A stretch of 64,000 bases of DNA from Octopus bimaculoides (lineage: Eukaryota), in the NCBI RefSeq assembly GCF_001194135.2, contig NC_068986.1, forward strand, positions 90,039,747-90,103,746. Direction: 5' to 3'. The position numbers and the translations under genes are program-made. Below are positions 63,989 to 64,000 of this stretch, one piece after another. Within the stretch, counting starts at the first letter, position 1. Each line of letters starts with the position of its first letter. The notes under the pieces were generated by a model. That model saw nothing but the letters and a program-made list of their open reading frames with translations. It searched no databases and was not told where the DNA came from.

Positions 63989-64000
63989 TGGTAGTGCATT

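Overview
AT-rich, microsatellite-rich animal genomic DNA with large introns and nine N gaps. The repeat families look like octopus, which is an inference from memory rather than a database result. There are three spliced genes, and every exon join listed is phase-consistent. (1) The 5' part of the cytoplasmic dynein-1 intermediate chain gene is on the minus strand (four coding exons, 31347 down to 12637; the WD40 exons lie left of the window). (2) A complete two-exon SDHAF3/ACN9 gene on the plus strand (115 aa) sits head-to-head with it. (3) Six exons of a NEMP/TMEM194 nuclear-envelope membrane protein gene are on the plus strand (43139-61328); the first exon was not found and the last exons lie right of the window. 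Introns hold fossil HERO, CRE, Penelope-like, RTE and APE-LINE retroelements, a pogo/Tigger transposase remnant, TTAA MITEs and three SINE families. The most interesting signals are: the gene order DYNC1I-SDHAF3-NEMP, which matches an order reconstructable from the human HOX paralogons; three long near-perfect fold-back hairpins within 8 kb; inverted repeat pairs bracketing NEMP exons (candidate ADAR or circRNA substrates); and degenerate hammerhead-ribozyme cores in Penelope terminal repeats. No prokaryotic-type system such as CRISPR or an operon is present. Most ORFs in the supplied track are microsatellite or N-gap artefacts.
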